64,000 nucleotides of DNA from Candidatus Aenigmatarchaeota archaeon (GCA_026397375.1 JAPLUZ010000022.1:24234-88233); one strand, 5' to 3'. Numbered from the stretch's first letter, positions 9,381-19,928 are shown. Notes: generated by a model not told the origin, from the sequence alone. Translations and numbers: made by a program.

Positions 9381-9596
9381 TCAGCCGATGTAATTTTCAT
9401 CGTCTTTTACAGGCTCTGCACTTTCTTCTGCCTGCTGTACAGGCTGCTCAACAACTTGCCCATCCAGTGCTGTTATTTTCTTCTTTCTTATGCGCTCTAC
9501 GGGACCTAGATATTTACTTGTGACCTTTTTGCCCATGCGGATTGATTCATAGTAGTACTTTCTTCCGTTTATTGTTTTCACGTGCCTGTTTGTCAT
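9381..9596 (-). CDS. Small basic protein, putative nucleic-acid binding
   Basis: KTINGRKYYYESIRMGKKVTSKYLGP beta-sheet motif with an acidic tail; ATG at 9596 preferred. Confidence 0.6.
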   Translation of the reverse strand: MTNRHVKTINGRKYYYESIRMGKKVTSKYLGPVERIRKKKITALDGQVVEQPVQQAEESAEPVKDDENYIG

Positions 9597-9705
9597 AAGA
9601 ATCAAGTCAAATTTTCCAGTATTTAAGTATTTCTGGAGCGCAACTTCTAAATCAAAACCCACAAATTACGACAAGAATTAGTAAAAAAATCAAAAAAAGA
9701 AGTTT

Positions 9706-9882
9706 TTAGATATCTCTTCCCTTAATTGTTGACCTTCTGTTTGCTTTTGATCTTTCAGCTGCGCGGTCAACCAACCTTAAAACTTCCTTGTGCAAGGCAT
9801 CTACGGCATCGCTACCAAGGTTCATTTTTTTCTTCTTTGCATATGCCCTTATCTTGCTTTTTACTACGAAAGAATCTGCCAT
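9706..9882 (-). CDS. Short histone-fold protein (alpha3-truncated, DUF1931/Bd0055-like)
   Basis: 58 aa: VVKSKIRAYAK...LGSDAVDAL...RAAERSKANRRSTIKGRDI, ending at the RD clamp. Confidence 0.85.
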   Translation of the reverse strand: MADSFVVKSKIRAYAKKKKMNLGSDAVDALHKEVLRLVDRAAERSKANRRSTIKGRDI

Positions 9883-10002
9883 TTTTATCACCACTCAAAA
9901 TAAGAAAGCCGCTGTAAAATGTGTTTTACGCATTTTATTGCAACTTTCTGATGAGTATTTGAGAAATAAGGATTTAAGCCTTATTTTTGCATTTTACGGC
10001 GA

Positions 10003-11190
10003 TTACAGGAAAGCGTAGAACAATATTGCCGGCAGTATTAGCACACCCATTAGACAGCCACGCTTCACACCAATGAGATTAACAAATATGCCAAAAGCCG
10101 TGCATATGACAAGAATAATTAAACCAAGGGCGCCGGTAAAAACAAATGTCATTACACATATCAGCACTATAACAATTTTGCTTATCAGCGCGTAGTCTAT
10201 TCTCTGGGCAAAATTAAGAAAAGATTTTGTCAATTTTAACGTGAGCAGGGCTGCCACACCGATACAAATTACAAAGACAGACAAAATAAGCAAAAGCTCA
10301 TTGAAGCCTATTTCAGTTATCTGGCTGATTGCAACTGCAAGGCCACTTCTCGACTTACTAATCAGCCAAAGGCAGGCAATGGAGAAAATTGCATTTACCA
10401 TTGTTAGAGAACCAATTGTTATCAAAAAGGATTTTTCATTTTTAGTTATTGATGCCAAGGATGCAAGTTCACTGGACCCAACACCAGGCAGAAAGCCAGC
10501 TACAATGCCAGCCGCTGTGCCTGAAAATACAGACCGGACAACCGTCTTCTTTGATACAAAAAAAGTCCCCCTTTTCTGCTTAGGTATGGACGACCTCTGC
10601 TTCAGCTGCAGAAACATAATGCTAACACCAAAGAAACCGGAAAGAACAGGAAACAGGATTAGCGTCTCATTAACAGGTATTTTGCCAATCAAAAGTCCGA
10701 TCAGGCCAGCCGCAAGAAATACAAACAAGGCAATAAATTTTTTGCTGCCGTCTTCTGTCAAAATCATCAGCAAAGCAATAAAGATCAGAAAAAGATAAAT
10801 GAAGCCTTTTATGGCGGCAAAAACTACAGGAACAATTAATGCAAGAAATGGAAGCAGCAAAAGAAACAGCAAAGCCGATAAAACGCTGCCGGTAACGGCA
10901 AGTTTTACAGCCTCATAACCATGGCCAGACATCAGCATTTTATGCGCAGGCAAGACGGCCATTTCATTTCCCTCGTCTGGCGCACCAAGAAGAAAAGAAG
11001 GAATAAAATCAACAATAGTATTTGTAATGCCCATTGCCACTATGAAAACAATCAGATTTACCACAGGAATGTTAACAGCAAGCAGAAATGGCACAGCGAG
11101 AATTATCATGTTCGGATGAATGCCCGGCAGCAGGCCCATAATTATTCCTGCAAGTATGCCTAGAACCAGGAACAAAAGAATTTCGATCAT
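10003..11190 (-). CDS. TctA-family (DUF112) membrane transporter
   Basis: GLLPGIHPN, FIPSFLLGAPD, LPAHKML and GFLPGVGSS motifs; multi-pass hydrophobic protein. Confidence 0.85.
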   Translation of the reverse strand: MIEILLFLVLGILAGIIMGLLPGIHPNMIILAVPFLLAVNIPVVNLIVFIVAMGITNTIVDFIPSFLLGAPDEGNEMAVLPAHKMLMSGHGYEAVKLAVTGSVLSALLFLLLLPFLALIVPVVFAAIKGFIYLFLIFIALLMILTEDGSKKFIALFVFLAAGLIGLLIGKIPVNETLILFPVLSGFFGVSIMFLQLKQRSSIPKQKRGTFFVSKKTVVRSVFSGTAAGIVAGFLPGVGSSELASLASITKNEKSFLITIGSLTMVNAIFSIACLWLISKSRSGLAVAISQITEIGFNELLLILSVFVICIGVAALLTLKLTKSFLNFAQRIDYALISKIVIVLICVMTFVFTGALGLIILVICTAFGIFVNLIGVKRGCLMGVLILPAILFYAFL

Positions 11191-11335
11191 TGCATATTAC
11201 GATTGTGAAAGGATAAATTTTACGGATTCGTGACACAAATCAATTTTCTCAATACACCTTCTTGCATTAAATTTTCAAAATAGCAATTACAGAACCATTA
11301 CTAATCTTTAAATCGGCTGGAAAATAATTATTCCT

Positions 11336-11677
11336 ATGTTCGGAAACCCTGATCCTAAAAAGCTGGAAAAGATGATGAAGAAGCTAAACATGAATATACA
11401 ACAGATAGAAGCAGACGTAGTTGTGATAAAAACAAAAGCCAAAAACATCGTCATTTCCAAGCCGGAAGTAATGCTGACAAACATGATGGGCCGTGACGTG
11501 TACCAGATAACCGGCGAAGTTTCTGAATCCCAACAGGTTAATGAAGAGGACATAAGGATGGTTATGGAGAAAACAGGAAAAGACCGGGATGCGGTTGTAA
11601 GAAAATTAGAGGAATTAAATAACGACCTGGCAAGGGCAATTATCGAGCTAAGGGAAGCCGAAGGCGACAAAAAGTGA
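11336..11677 (+). CDS. nac: Nascent polypeptide-associated complex protein
   Basis: PKKLEKMMKKLNM, YQITG and UBA-like EEDIRMVMEKTG...DLARAI. Confidence 0.92.
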   Translation: MFGNPDPKKLEKMMKKLNMNIQQIEADVVVIKTKAKNIVISKPEVMLTNMMGRDVYQITGEVSESQQVNEEDIRMVMEKTGKDRDAVVRKLEELNNDLARAIIELREAEGDKK

Positions 11678-11889
11678 AAAAAGAAGATCATAAGGTACTG
11701 AGCGGTTATGCAATATTTCTTGTCGGCCTGGTGTTTTTAATAGAGTCTGTTGTCTTGGCGTATGTAGTGAGCCAGTTACCAGTACAAATAATAGGGCCTA
11801 CGGCCCCGGTAGCCTGGGGATACACTGCAGTAAAGTTTCTCGCTGGTGTAGTAGGCTTATACTACGGGCTGGAAACAATAAGGGCATAA
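11674..11889 (+). CDS. Small two-TM membrane protein
   Basis: Overlaps the nac stop (GTGA); two hydrophobic segments. Confidence 0.6.
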   Translation: MKKEDHKVLSGYAIFLVGLVFLIESVVLAYVVSQLPVQIIGPTAPVAWGYTAVKFLAGVVGLYYGLETIRA

Positions 11890-11891
11890 TT

Positions 11892-13649
11892 TTATTTCTC
11901 TTTTCTTGTCATGTATTCGATTATTGTACCATAGGCAGGACGGGCTATGAGAACACCAACCAATACGCCCATTATGGTTATGATTGCGAAACCGCGCAGT
12001 GTCGGGAATCCAAACAAAAGGGGCAGCATGGCTGCAATGACGGTGCCGGCTGATCCGAAGACAACAAAGAAGGCGTTCTTTAGTTTCTCCCTCAGGGTCT
12101 CTATTCTTTCCTCTTCTTTTCTAAGGGTACGGTCAAGAATTATTATCTGGCTGTCAACACCGGTTCCGACTGATGCTATTATTCCTGCTATGGCTGCAAG
12201 GTCTATTGTCCAGCCTATAACAACGGAAAATCCAAGAACAATCAGGACTTCGCTCAACGATATGAATAGCATTGGTATTACCAGTTTTGGATGTCTATAG
12301 CGGGCAGAAACAACAATTATAATGCCAAGTATTGCGGCCAAGCCGGCCAGGGCGGCATTCTTCAGGAAACCTATACCAAGCGTAGGAGAAATTGTGTCCA
12401 GCTGCACAATCTGCACACTGGTTGGAAGAGCGCCTGATCTAAGTATAGATTGCAAGCTTGCCCTGGATTTTATTGCACTGTCTTTTGTCGGGGCAGATCC
12501 GCTTATCGATATTTCAGTCTCTGTCCTGCCCTGCAGGGAAGATGCAATGTTCAGGGCGTCTATGTATTTGTCATCCAGATAAAAATATATTAGCTGGTCA
12601 AGATAACCTGTTGCCAGTATTTTTGTATTAGCTGTGATCCAGGCAAATTTCTGCGCACCACCGCTGCTTAGCTGGACGCCGAAGGACCACTTGTAGGTAC
12701 CTCCGGTTACAGGTTCAAGTCGCGATCTCTGGGGGTCAAAAAAGACGGTTTTTATGTCGTCACCGCTGAAAACAGTTGATGTCATGTTCAAATTGTTTGA
12801 AATGGAATTAAGTGAGAAAGGTATGCCGGATAATATGAAATTATTGCCAACGTTAACGGTATTGCCGTCGTAAGATATGGAAGAATTTCCTACTACTATA
12901 TTGTATTTTTTGTCAAGGTTGATAACAGCTTTTCCGTTCTGTACTGGTATTAACAATGATATCTTGGCTTCAAACTTACCCTGCTTTTCTAACAGGTCTT
13001 TAAGTTCGTCTACGGTACCGCCGGCTATGCTTATTTCTACAAAGCCCTTATTTTGATAGTAAACAGGACGAAATATAGATTCCCTCAGGCCATAGACATT
13101 TATCCTCGTCTGTAAAGTGGATATTATCTGTTCTAGAGTAGAATTGCTTGTCGTATTCGGCTCCAGCGTGGCACGCACCCCACCTTTTATATCCAAACCA
13201 AATTTTAGATTATTGTAGGGCGATGGCTCGGCGGTGATGCCCAGCGTGCCATTTAATTTTACAAAGCGCATTCCTTTGCTGGTTTCTATCTTTGTCAGGT
13301 CATAATAGCTCTGCGACAAAACATTTTGGTCAGCATTTATGTCATTTATTTTGTAAATGATATCACCAGCCACTATTCCGGGTATGGTGGCATTCTTGCC
13401 GACTGATGTTACGATAAAGCCTGACGGATTGAGATTCGGTGCTATCAGAATAATTGCAATTAATATGAAAAATAGCCAGAGAAGAATTTTCCAGTTTTTT
13501 ATAAAGTCTCTTGGGAGCACAAGACCAAGAGAAATTACTATTATTATCAGCGAGGCCGTAATTGGGACTACGTTGCTGAAAGATACAGCTAACAAAATAA
13601 TTACGAGGGCTACCCAACCTATAAATTTTGCTTTAGAGCCTATTTTCAT
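11892..13649 (-). CDS. secD: Protein translocase subunit SecD
   Basis: GLDIKGG, LRSGALP, ISPTLG, GTGVDSQII and LRGFAI motifs; start reassigned to MKIGSK at 13649. Confidence 0.92.
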   Translation of the reverse strand: MKIGSKAKFIGWVALVIILLAVSFSNVVPITASLIIIVISLGLVLPRDFIKNWKILLWLFFILIAIILIAPNLNPSGFIVTSVGKNATIPGIVAGDIIYKINDINADQNVLSQSYYDLTKIETSKGMRFVKLNGTLGITAEPSPYNNLKFGLDIKGGVRATLEPNTTSNSTLEQIISTLQTRINVYGLRESIFRPVYYQNKGFVEISIAGGTVDELKDLLEKQGKFEAKISLLIPVQNGKAVINLDKKYNIVVGNSSISYDGNTVNVGNNFILSGIPFSLNSISNNLNMTSTVFSGDDIKTVFFDPQRSRLEPVTGGTYKWSFGVQLSSGGAQKFAWITANTKILATGYLDQLIYFYLDDKYIDALNIASSLQGRTETEISISGSAPTKDSAIKSRASLQSILRSGALPTSVQIVQLDTISPTLGIGFLKNAALAGLAAILGIIIVVSARYRHPKLVIPMLFISLSEVLIVLGFSVVIGWTIDLAAIAGIIASVGTGVDSQIIILDRTLRKEEERIETLREKLKNAFFVVFGSAGTVIAAMLPLLFGFPTLRGFAIITIMGVLVGVLIARPAYGTIIEYMTRKEK

Positions 13650-14493
13650 TTTTATGCGCCTTTCTTTCCAGCCAAAATCTGAGAAAGCCGGAATTTGTGA
13701 ACCAGGTTGCAGGCATGTCAATGCACAACCCTATAATAAGAACCATGGCAATTTGCTCTATTACAAGAGAGCCAGAGACAAAGTACATTGCCAACAAAGC
13801 GGCCAGTGTGGTCATTGTCATAGTCAATCCGGTTTTCATGGCCTTCTTTACACTTTCACTGTAGTTGTGGCGACCACTTTTCAAAAGTTCGGATGTGAGC
13901 AGTATGTCGGTATCTACAGAGTAGCCTATCAACGTAAGAAGTGCTACAAAAACAGGCAGAGAAAGCGCCACACCAATTAAGCTGATTACGGCTATGGTAC
14001 CAATTATGTCAGTTATAGCCGCGAGCAGGACCGTTGATGCTGGCACAGGCGATCTGAATAAAATAAATACAGTTATTGCCATTAGCACAAAGGCGATTAT
14101 CAAATAGAGCTGGGTCTGCTGGAAGAATATGTTTCCCAAGGACGGGCCGACAATGCGAATGTTTGGCTGGCCCTTATACTGAACAATAGAGCCAAGCTGT
14201 GATATGACTTCTTTTTCATCTTTATCGAAGGGTATTTCTATGATCAGGGACTTTGTTAAACCAGAAGCAATCTTTACACTTGCATAGGGAAAAGCCGCCT
14301 GAACTTTATTCAGATCCACGTCGTTTACCTCGACTGTTATTACTCTTCCACCGCTGAGGTCTGCATCCCTCTTCATGAAGGAACCGGTAGTGACAATATT
14401 GTTTGCAATAACACCTATGGAAAACAGAAGGAATACTATCGTTATCAGCATCAAAAATTTCCAATGCTTATCGATAACATTAAAGATTGCCAT
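13633..14493 (-). CDS. secF: Protein translocase subunit SecF
   Basis: DLSGG, VGPSLG and IGYSVDTDILLT motifs; adjacent to secD. Confidence 0.93.
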   Translation of the reverse strand: MAIFNVIDKHWKFLMLITIVFLLFSIGVIANNIVTTGSFMKRDADLSGGRVITVEVNDVDLNKVQAAFPYASVKIASGLTKSLIIEIPFDKDEKEVISQLGSIVQYKGQPNIRIVGPSLGNIFFQQTQLYLIIAFVLMAITVFILFRSPVPASTVLLAAITDIIGTIAVISLIGVALSLPVFVALLTLIGYSVDTDILLTSELLKSGRHNYSESVKKAMKTGLTMTMTTLAALLAMYFVSGSLVIEQIAMVLIIGLCIDMPATWFTNSGFLRFWLERKAHKNENRL

Positions 14494-14629
14494 ATGTCCA
14501 AAACATTAACACAAACAAACTTAAAATAGATTCCACCCAGAAAAATTACGTTTGTATTCTAATTGCATTACTTATTTTCATAATCCTACAATGAAACACT
14601 TTTTAATAAATTCCAGTGAAACGATAGAA

Positions 14630-15724
14630 ATGCACGATGTTATAATTGTAGGCAGCGGTGTAGCTGGTTCTTATCTGGCATCAAAGCTGCCAAGGAGCCT
14701 GGACACCGTTGTAATAGAAAAAAACAAGGATATAATACCGAAGGACAGTGGCATTGTATCAAAAAGAATAGAGCAGATTCTTGGCAGAGATGCCGAAAAT
14801 TTAGTGGAACATAAAATAGCAAAAATGGATTGCATTTCCCCACTGGGCAATACATTTTCTTTGCGATCGGAGGAGCCGTTTGCCTACATTCTGGAAAGGA
14901 AAAAGTTCGGACTATATTTAAGAAAAAATGCAAAGGAGCGCTGCACCTTTGTAACCGACGGCGTTACTGGCGTGGATTTCTTTGATGATCACGTAAGCGT
15001 AAAAACGGTTTCAGGAGTTTATGACGGAAAAATGGTCATTGGCTGTGATGGAGCGCAATCAACAGTAAGAAAATGCATGGGCATAGAAGGACCAAAAATT
15101 TCGCTGGGAATGATGGTTAAAACAAAGCAGAAATTGCAGGGCGACATAAGCGTTTATTTTAACAAATACTTCTCGCCGGACTTTTTTTCATGGGTAATAC
15201 CACAAACAAATGAGTACGGGCTTATGACTGCTATAAGACCGAGGGAATATTTTCAGTATTTTGTAAGCCGTATGTACCTGCCTAGGGGAGATTTCTACGC
15301 GTACACGATACCTTATACATATACAAAAAGTTACGCTAACCGCGCGTTGCTCATAGGAGATTCCTGCGGCCAGAACAAACCATTAACCGGCGGCGGCATA
15401 ATTTTCTCAATGATGGCAGCAGACCATGCAGCAAAAATAATTGCCGACGCATTTGAAGAAAAAAGGTTTGATCAGCACTTTCTAAGCTTCTACGAAAAAT
15501 ACTGGAAAAAAGATCTGGCGTGGGAAATAGAAAAACAATACCTACTGAGGATGATATACAAGAAACTGACAAATGTGGAGCTGGATGAGATGATCGGTGA
15601 ATTCGGGCCCATTTTATCTTCTTTGAGCGTTTTTGATTATGATAAATTGAGTAAAATGTGGAAGGACCTGCCAAAACTAAAGTTGCTGAAATTTATTTTA
15701 CCAAAAATTTGCAGGGCATTTTAA
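14630..15724 (+). CDS. Geranylgeranyl reductase-family flavoprotein
   Basis: DVIIVGSGVAG FAD motif, IGCDGAQS, FSWVIP and GDSCGQNKPLTGGGI; start at MHDV. Confidence 0.85.
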   Translation: MHDVIIVGSGVAGSYLASKLPRSLDTVVIEKNKDIIPKDSGIVSKRIEQILGRDAENLVEHKIAKMDCISPLGNTFSLRSEEPFAYILERKKFGLYLRKNAKERCTFVTDGVTGVDFFDDHVSVKTVSGVYDGKMVIGCDGAQSTVRKCMGIEGPKISLGMMVKTKQKLQGDISVYFNKYFSPDFFSWVIPQTNEYGLMTAIRPREYFQYFVSRMYLPRGDFYAYTIPYTYTKSYANRALLIGDSCGQNKPLTGGGIIFSMMAADHAAKIIADAFEEKRFDQHFLSFYEKYWKKDLAWEIEKQYLLRMIYKKLTNVELDEMIGEFGPILSSLSVFDYDKLSKMWKDLPKLKLLKFILPKICRAF

Positions 15725-15770
15725 TTTTTTGCGATTTTTGAATGTTTAAAAAAGCTATTATCAATCAATA

Positions 15771-17003
15771 ATGAGTCGATTGGCAATGAAGCAAAGGACG
15801 ATAAAATTTTTACAGAAGTATTGGGCATTTTTTGCAATAATTCTAATAGTTGCTTTAGGTACACAAATCAGGCTTTTAGACTACCAATGGTCTTATCTGA
15901 GAAATATAGACTCCTACAATTTTGCAAGGCAGATGGAAGAAATATCGGCAAATGGAGGGCTGCCGGATGTAGATACTTTATCCCTTGCACCTTATGGAGC
16001 TGCAAGAGCAGGGGGCAGCATTGATTTTTACGTATACCTCGGCGCTTACACCTATAATTTTACCAGGCTGTTTATACCAAATTTGTCATGGTTTAATTTT
16101 CTCTTGTGGTTCCCCGCGATCCTTGCTTCGTTAAGCGCAGTGCCAATATATTTCATAGGAAAAACATTTTTTGACAGAAAAGCTGGTGTACTTGCAGCAT
16201 TTTTTCTGATATTTGATCCTTCCATAATATCTCGTACACTCGGCGGGGACCCGGACAGCGATGGCATAGTTCTGATAATGCCACTTATCGCTATGGCAAT
16301 TTTCCTCATCGCTTACAAGTATGCAAATAGCACAAAGAAGTTTGATACAAAATATATTTTGTATACGATATTATCTGGTATAGCAATGGGATTATGGGGG
16401 CTGACCTGGATAGGCTACTGGTATGTGCTCTGGCTTATAACGGGATTCTTGCTGGTGCCTATTATAGCTGAGATAATAAAAAAGAGGAAATTGAGTGCCA
16501 TTGGCAATTTTAAGCATGGCATCATTGTATTTTTTGTAACAATAATAATATTCTTCCTGATAACAATACCAGTTATTGGAACATTTGTTGTTACACAGAC
16601 ATTCTACGGGCCATTCTCCTTTGGCGAGATAAAAAGTGAAGAAAATAACCAGTTCCCCAACGTGTACGTATCTGTCGCCGAGTTACAATCATCAGGTGAT
16701 GTAAAAGATGTAATACAGCGTGCAATCGGAATGAATTTTAGTCAAAATGCGCTGGCAATTATTATTTCGCCGTTCTTTTTGATGATTTATGGTCTTATTT
16801 ACCTCATTTATTCCTACGCCAAAAAGAGGCAGCATTTTGACACGCTGGTATTGCTGCTAATATGGTTTGTCGGGCCTTTCATAGCAACAATCGCTGCTGT
16901 AAGATTTTCCGTTTTGTTTTCGGCACCAATAGCCATAGGAGCTGGAATTTTCCTGGCAAAGCTGCTGAGGATGATAACCGAGGGAGAAAAAATAGAGGAC
17001 TGA
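15771..17003 (+). CDS. aglB: Oligosaccharyltransferase AglB/STT3, N-terminal membrane part
   Basis: RNIDSY (EL1 Asp), GGDPDSD (DxD), VSVAEL (TIxE/SVSE-like) and VRF motifs; ends before the soluble domain. Confidence 0.88.
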   Translation: MSRLAMKQRTIKFLQKYWAFFAIILIVALGTQIRLLDYQWSYLRNIDSYNFARQMEEISANGGLPDVDTLSLAPYGAARAGGSIDFYVYLGAYTYNFTRLFIPNLSWFNFLLWFPAILASLSAVPIYFIGKTFFDRKAGVLAAFFLIFDPSIISRTLGGDPDSDGIVLIMPLIAMAIFLIAYKYANSTKKFDTKYILYTILSGIAMGLWGLTWIGYWYVLWLITGFLLVPIIAEIIKKRKLSAIGNFKHGIIVFFVTIIIFFLITIPVIGTFVVTQTFYGPFSFGEIKSEENNQFPNVYVSVAELQSSGDVKDVIQRAIGMNFSQNALAIIISPFFLMIYGLIYLIYSYAKKRQHFDTLVLLLIWFVGPFIATIAAVRFSVLFSAPIAIGAGIFLAKLLRMITEGEKIED

Positions 17004-17007
17004 TGAA

Positions 17008-17976
17008 ATGAAATACAAATATATTTATCTTGCAATAGTTTTCATATTCATAGGTTTTTTAATAAATAGTTTCTACATAGCCCCGTCAATAGATATAGTA
17101 AAAGGTGCGGGTCCCGTATTCTCTGAAAACTGGGTAAACTCCATGAACTGGATAAAAAACAATACAGCAGAATGTACAGTAATTGCTACTTATTGGGATC
17201 CAGGCCACTTTATAGCGGAAGTAGCCAGAAGGGCCACGGTTTTTGACGGCGCCCACCAAAATGATCTGTTTACAATAACAAGAGAGGGTAACCTCACGGA
17301 CAGTGAAATATTACAGCTTGCGCCAACAGGAAAATATTCAGTGCAGAAAAAAGAAGTAAATGGCACACTTTACACATTTGTAGCAACCGCCAGGATCCAG
17401 GATATAGGAACGTCACTCTCCACAAGCAACGAGACATTAGCATACGATATTCTAAAACGCTATAACAAACCAGGATGCAAAGAGATGTACTTTTTAGCAA
17501 CTGCGGACCTCATAGGAAAAGCCCACTGGTGGACATATTTTGCATCGTGGAATCCTGTGGACAAGGGAAAGGCTTCTGATTATCTTATGCTTGGACTTAG
17601 CCAGGCAAGACCCGTTGTGCAGCAGAATGCCATAGCCTATACTTTTGCATTTGGCCAGCAGCAGGCCTTTGTTATATACGATAGAAATGACACGCTTTCA
17701 GCGTATTTACAGCAGGGCAATCAGTTTGCCGACATAGAAAAACTGTTTTATTTCAGCAGAAACGGCCAGCCAACCCTTATTCAGAATCAAAATTCTCAGG
17801 TAAAGGGTATGATATGGCTAGATCCTAGCAGGCAAACAATGGTATTTATACCGCCCGAGTTGGAAGACGCAATATTCACACGCATGTTTTTCTTCAACGG
17901 CGCGGGGCTGCAAAAATTTGAATACGTAAACGCGTGGGGCGGAGAAGTTAAGCTATTCAGGATCCAGCTCAGCTGA
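17008..17976 (+). CDS. aglB: Oligosaccharyltransferase AglB/STT3, C-terminal soluble part
   Basis: N-terminal TM, W..SMNWIKNNT, YWDPG (WWDYG variant), DLIGK (DK motif), FTRMFF and EVKLF. Confidence 0.88.
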   Translation: MKYKYIYLAIVFIFIGFLINSFYIAPSIDIVKGAGPVFSENWVNSMNWIKNNTAECTVIATYWDPGHFIAEVARRATVFDGAHQNDLFTITREGNLTDSEILQLAPTGKYSVQKKEVNGTLYTFVATARIQDIGTSLSTSNETLAYDILKRYNKPGCKEMYFLATADLIGKAHWWTYFASWNPVDKGKASDYLMLGLSQARPVVQQNAIAYTFAFGQQQAFVIYDRNDTLSAYLQQGNQFADIEKLFYFSRNGQPTLIQNQNSQVKGMIWLDPSRQTMVFIPPELEDAIFTRMFFFNGAGLQKFEYVNAWGGEVKLFRIQLS

Positions 17977-18931
17977 GGAGGGAATTATAGCTGATTCTGA
18001 GTTTCTTTGTGATGTATACAAGCGAGATACCACCCAGAAGATTGAAGTACCATATGGACAGGAATCTGTAGAGCAGCACGCCTGCTATGGCAGTTGAGTA
18101 GTCTATGCCGACGGCGCCCAGGAACAAAGTCATGACAATTTCAGTTGAGCCTATCCCGCCGGGCAGCGCCGTGATGACGCCTATTACCGTGGCAAGAGCA
18201 AAGATGCTTGCGAGGAACAACGGCGACAGGCTTATTCCAAGGGCGAGAAAAACGAGCCAGAGCAGCACGCCTTCTATAAGCCAGGCGGCCAGCGTGACCA
18301 CGAAAGAATAAAACAACCTTTTTCTGGGTATTTTTATTTTTGCAAAGTTTTTCATGAAACCCTCGGATATATTCTTCAGCACAGGCAATTTTTTTACTAT
18401 GCGCAATACCCAGTTCCTTATGCGACGGCTGTAGAGAAAGCCGACGGCAACGATTATTATCAAGATGAATATGAAAGTGCCTGCTAGGCTTATCAGAAAC
18501 AGGGAGGTGTCAATGGTTGTGAAGAAAAACATTGCCACAAAGGACAGGAAAATAAGTGAAATAAGATCAAGAATCCTTTCCCATATAACGGACGGCAAAG
18601 AGGACGACACGGGCTTGCCGGAGTGAAGCTTCAGTATTACGGATTTTATGGGCTCAGCTATCTTGCCAGGCGAGAGGTTGCTTATGGTCACGCCAAGCAG
18701 CTGCACAGGCACGACGGTTGCGAAGGATTCTTTTTCCAGCAGAAGCTGCCACTTCAAGATTCTCAGAACCAGTATGTTAAAGCTTGAGAGCAAAACAGCG
18801 GCTAAAACAAACCGATAGTCACTTTTTGCGAGGAGCTGCGCAAATTTCCCTGGGTCTGCGTACACTATGAGAAGGGCTATGATGAGAACGCTAACGGCCA
18901 ACATTGCCATTTTTATGCGATTTCGCGCCAT
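17969..18931 (-). CDS. Lysylphosphatidylglycerol synthase TM / flippase-like protein (UPF0104, AglD2-like)
   Basis: RILKW, SPGKIAEPIK, WERILD, LPGGIGSTE and LLYRF motifs. Confidence 0.85.
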   Translation of the reverse strand: MARNRIKMAMLAVSVLIIALLIVYADPGKFAQLLAKSDYRFVLAAVLLSSFNILVLRILKWQLLLEKESFATVVPVQLLGVTISNLSPGKIAEPIKSVILKLHSGKPVSSSLPSVIWERILDLISLIFLSFVAMFFFTTIDTSLFLISLAGTFIFILIIIVAVGFLYSRRIRNWVLRIVKKLPVLKNISEGFMKNFAKIKIPRKRLFYSFVVTLAAWLIEGVLLWLVFLALGISLSPLFLASIFALATVIGVITALPGGIGSTEIVMTLFLGAVGIDYSTAIAGVLLYRFLSIWYFNLLGGISLVYITKKLRISYNSLLS

Positions 18932-18983
18932 AGTACCTAGATAATAAAGTATCAATAAAAAGCCATCGTTCAATAGTGATAAA

Positions 18984-19928
18984 ATGAGCCAGCCAGCAGT
19001 TTCCGTCATCATATCCGTGTTCAATCGCAAGGAGCACATGGAAAAATGCCTAGCTGCAATGCTAAAATCCAGCTATAAAAATTACGATCTCATAGTTGTC
19101 GACGGCGGCTCCAGAGACGGAACTTTGGAGATGCTGAGGGAAGCAGAAAAGAAAAACAAAAAACTGAAGGTTTTTGTCGACAAAACTCCAGGAAGAAATC
19201 CAGCCAGGAACACGGGCATAAAAAAGGCAACTGGGGAACTGCTGATTTTTGTTGATTCCGACTGCATTGTGGACAAAAATTGGATGAAGGAAATCGTCAG
19301 ACCATTTGACGATCCGACTGTCGGCGGCGTTATAGGAAGGACAATTGCAGATAAAAAAGGCCTTTTTTGGTACCACATGGAGAACGATTACCTCCAATTC
19401 ATAGGGCATAACAGCGCCTATAGAAAATCCATCATCAAAAAAATAGGTTGTTTCGACCTAAGATTTAAAACAGCCAGGGAAGACACCGACCTTGCATGGA
19501 CTGTTATTGACCTTGGATACAAAATGGTTCATTGCAATAATGCGGTAATGACGCATTTGTCAAGGAGGGTCTCCGCAAGATACAGAATAAAGAATCAGAG
19601 GGCATTCATTTATGACGGGTTACTGTATAGAAAACACAAAAATCTGTACAAAAAGTATTTCTACGTAAAAGGCATGCCAGCAACCCTCTGGCCCAGCATA
19701 TTTTCGCCTGTTGTATTTTTGTTCTTCGTGTATTCACTAATTTTCTACAGAACAATTGCAGATGTCATGATTTTTGTTTACATCATTATTGTCGTGAAAA
19801 AACTCATAGGCAACAAAAATGGAACGTTAAGAGAAAACGCGGAGTTCTTTCTGTTGATATGGATCCTCCCTTTATCAAGGGTTTATTACTTTATGAAGGG
19901 ATGGATATTTGTGAGGGATAAAATATGA
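18984..19928 (+). CDS. Glycosyltransferase family 2
   Basis: VVDGGSRDGT, ARNTG, FVDSDC and EDTDL motifs; C-terminal TMs. Confidence 0.9.
   Translation: MSQPAVSVIISVFNRKEHMEKCLAAMLKSSYKNYDLIVVDGGSRDGTLEMLREAEKKNKKLKVFVDKTPGRNPARNTGIKKATGELLIFVDSDCIVDKNWMKEIVRPFDDPTVGGVIGRTIADKKGLFWYHMENDYLQFIGHNSAYRKSIIKKIGCFDLRFKTAREDTDLAWTVIDLGYKMVHCNNAVMTHLSRRVSARYRIKNQRAFIYDGLLYRKHKNLYKKYFYVKGMPATLWPSIFSPVVFLFFVYSLIFYRTIADVMIFVYIIIVVKKLIGNKNGTLRENAEFFLLIWILPLSRVYYFMKGWIFVRDKI

Noticed and set aside
16995-17010. Stop-codon readthrough or selenocysteine joining the two aglB halves
   Set aside because: There are two consecutive TGA codons and the second ORF is in a different frame, so readthrough would not fuse them.
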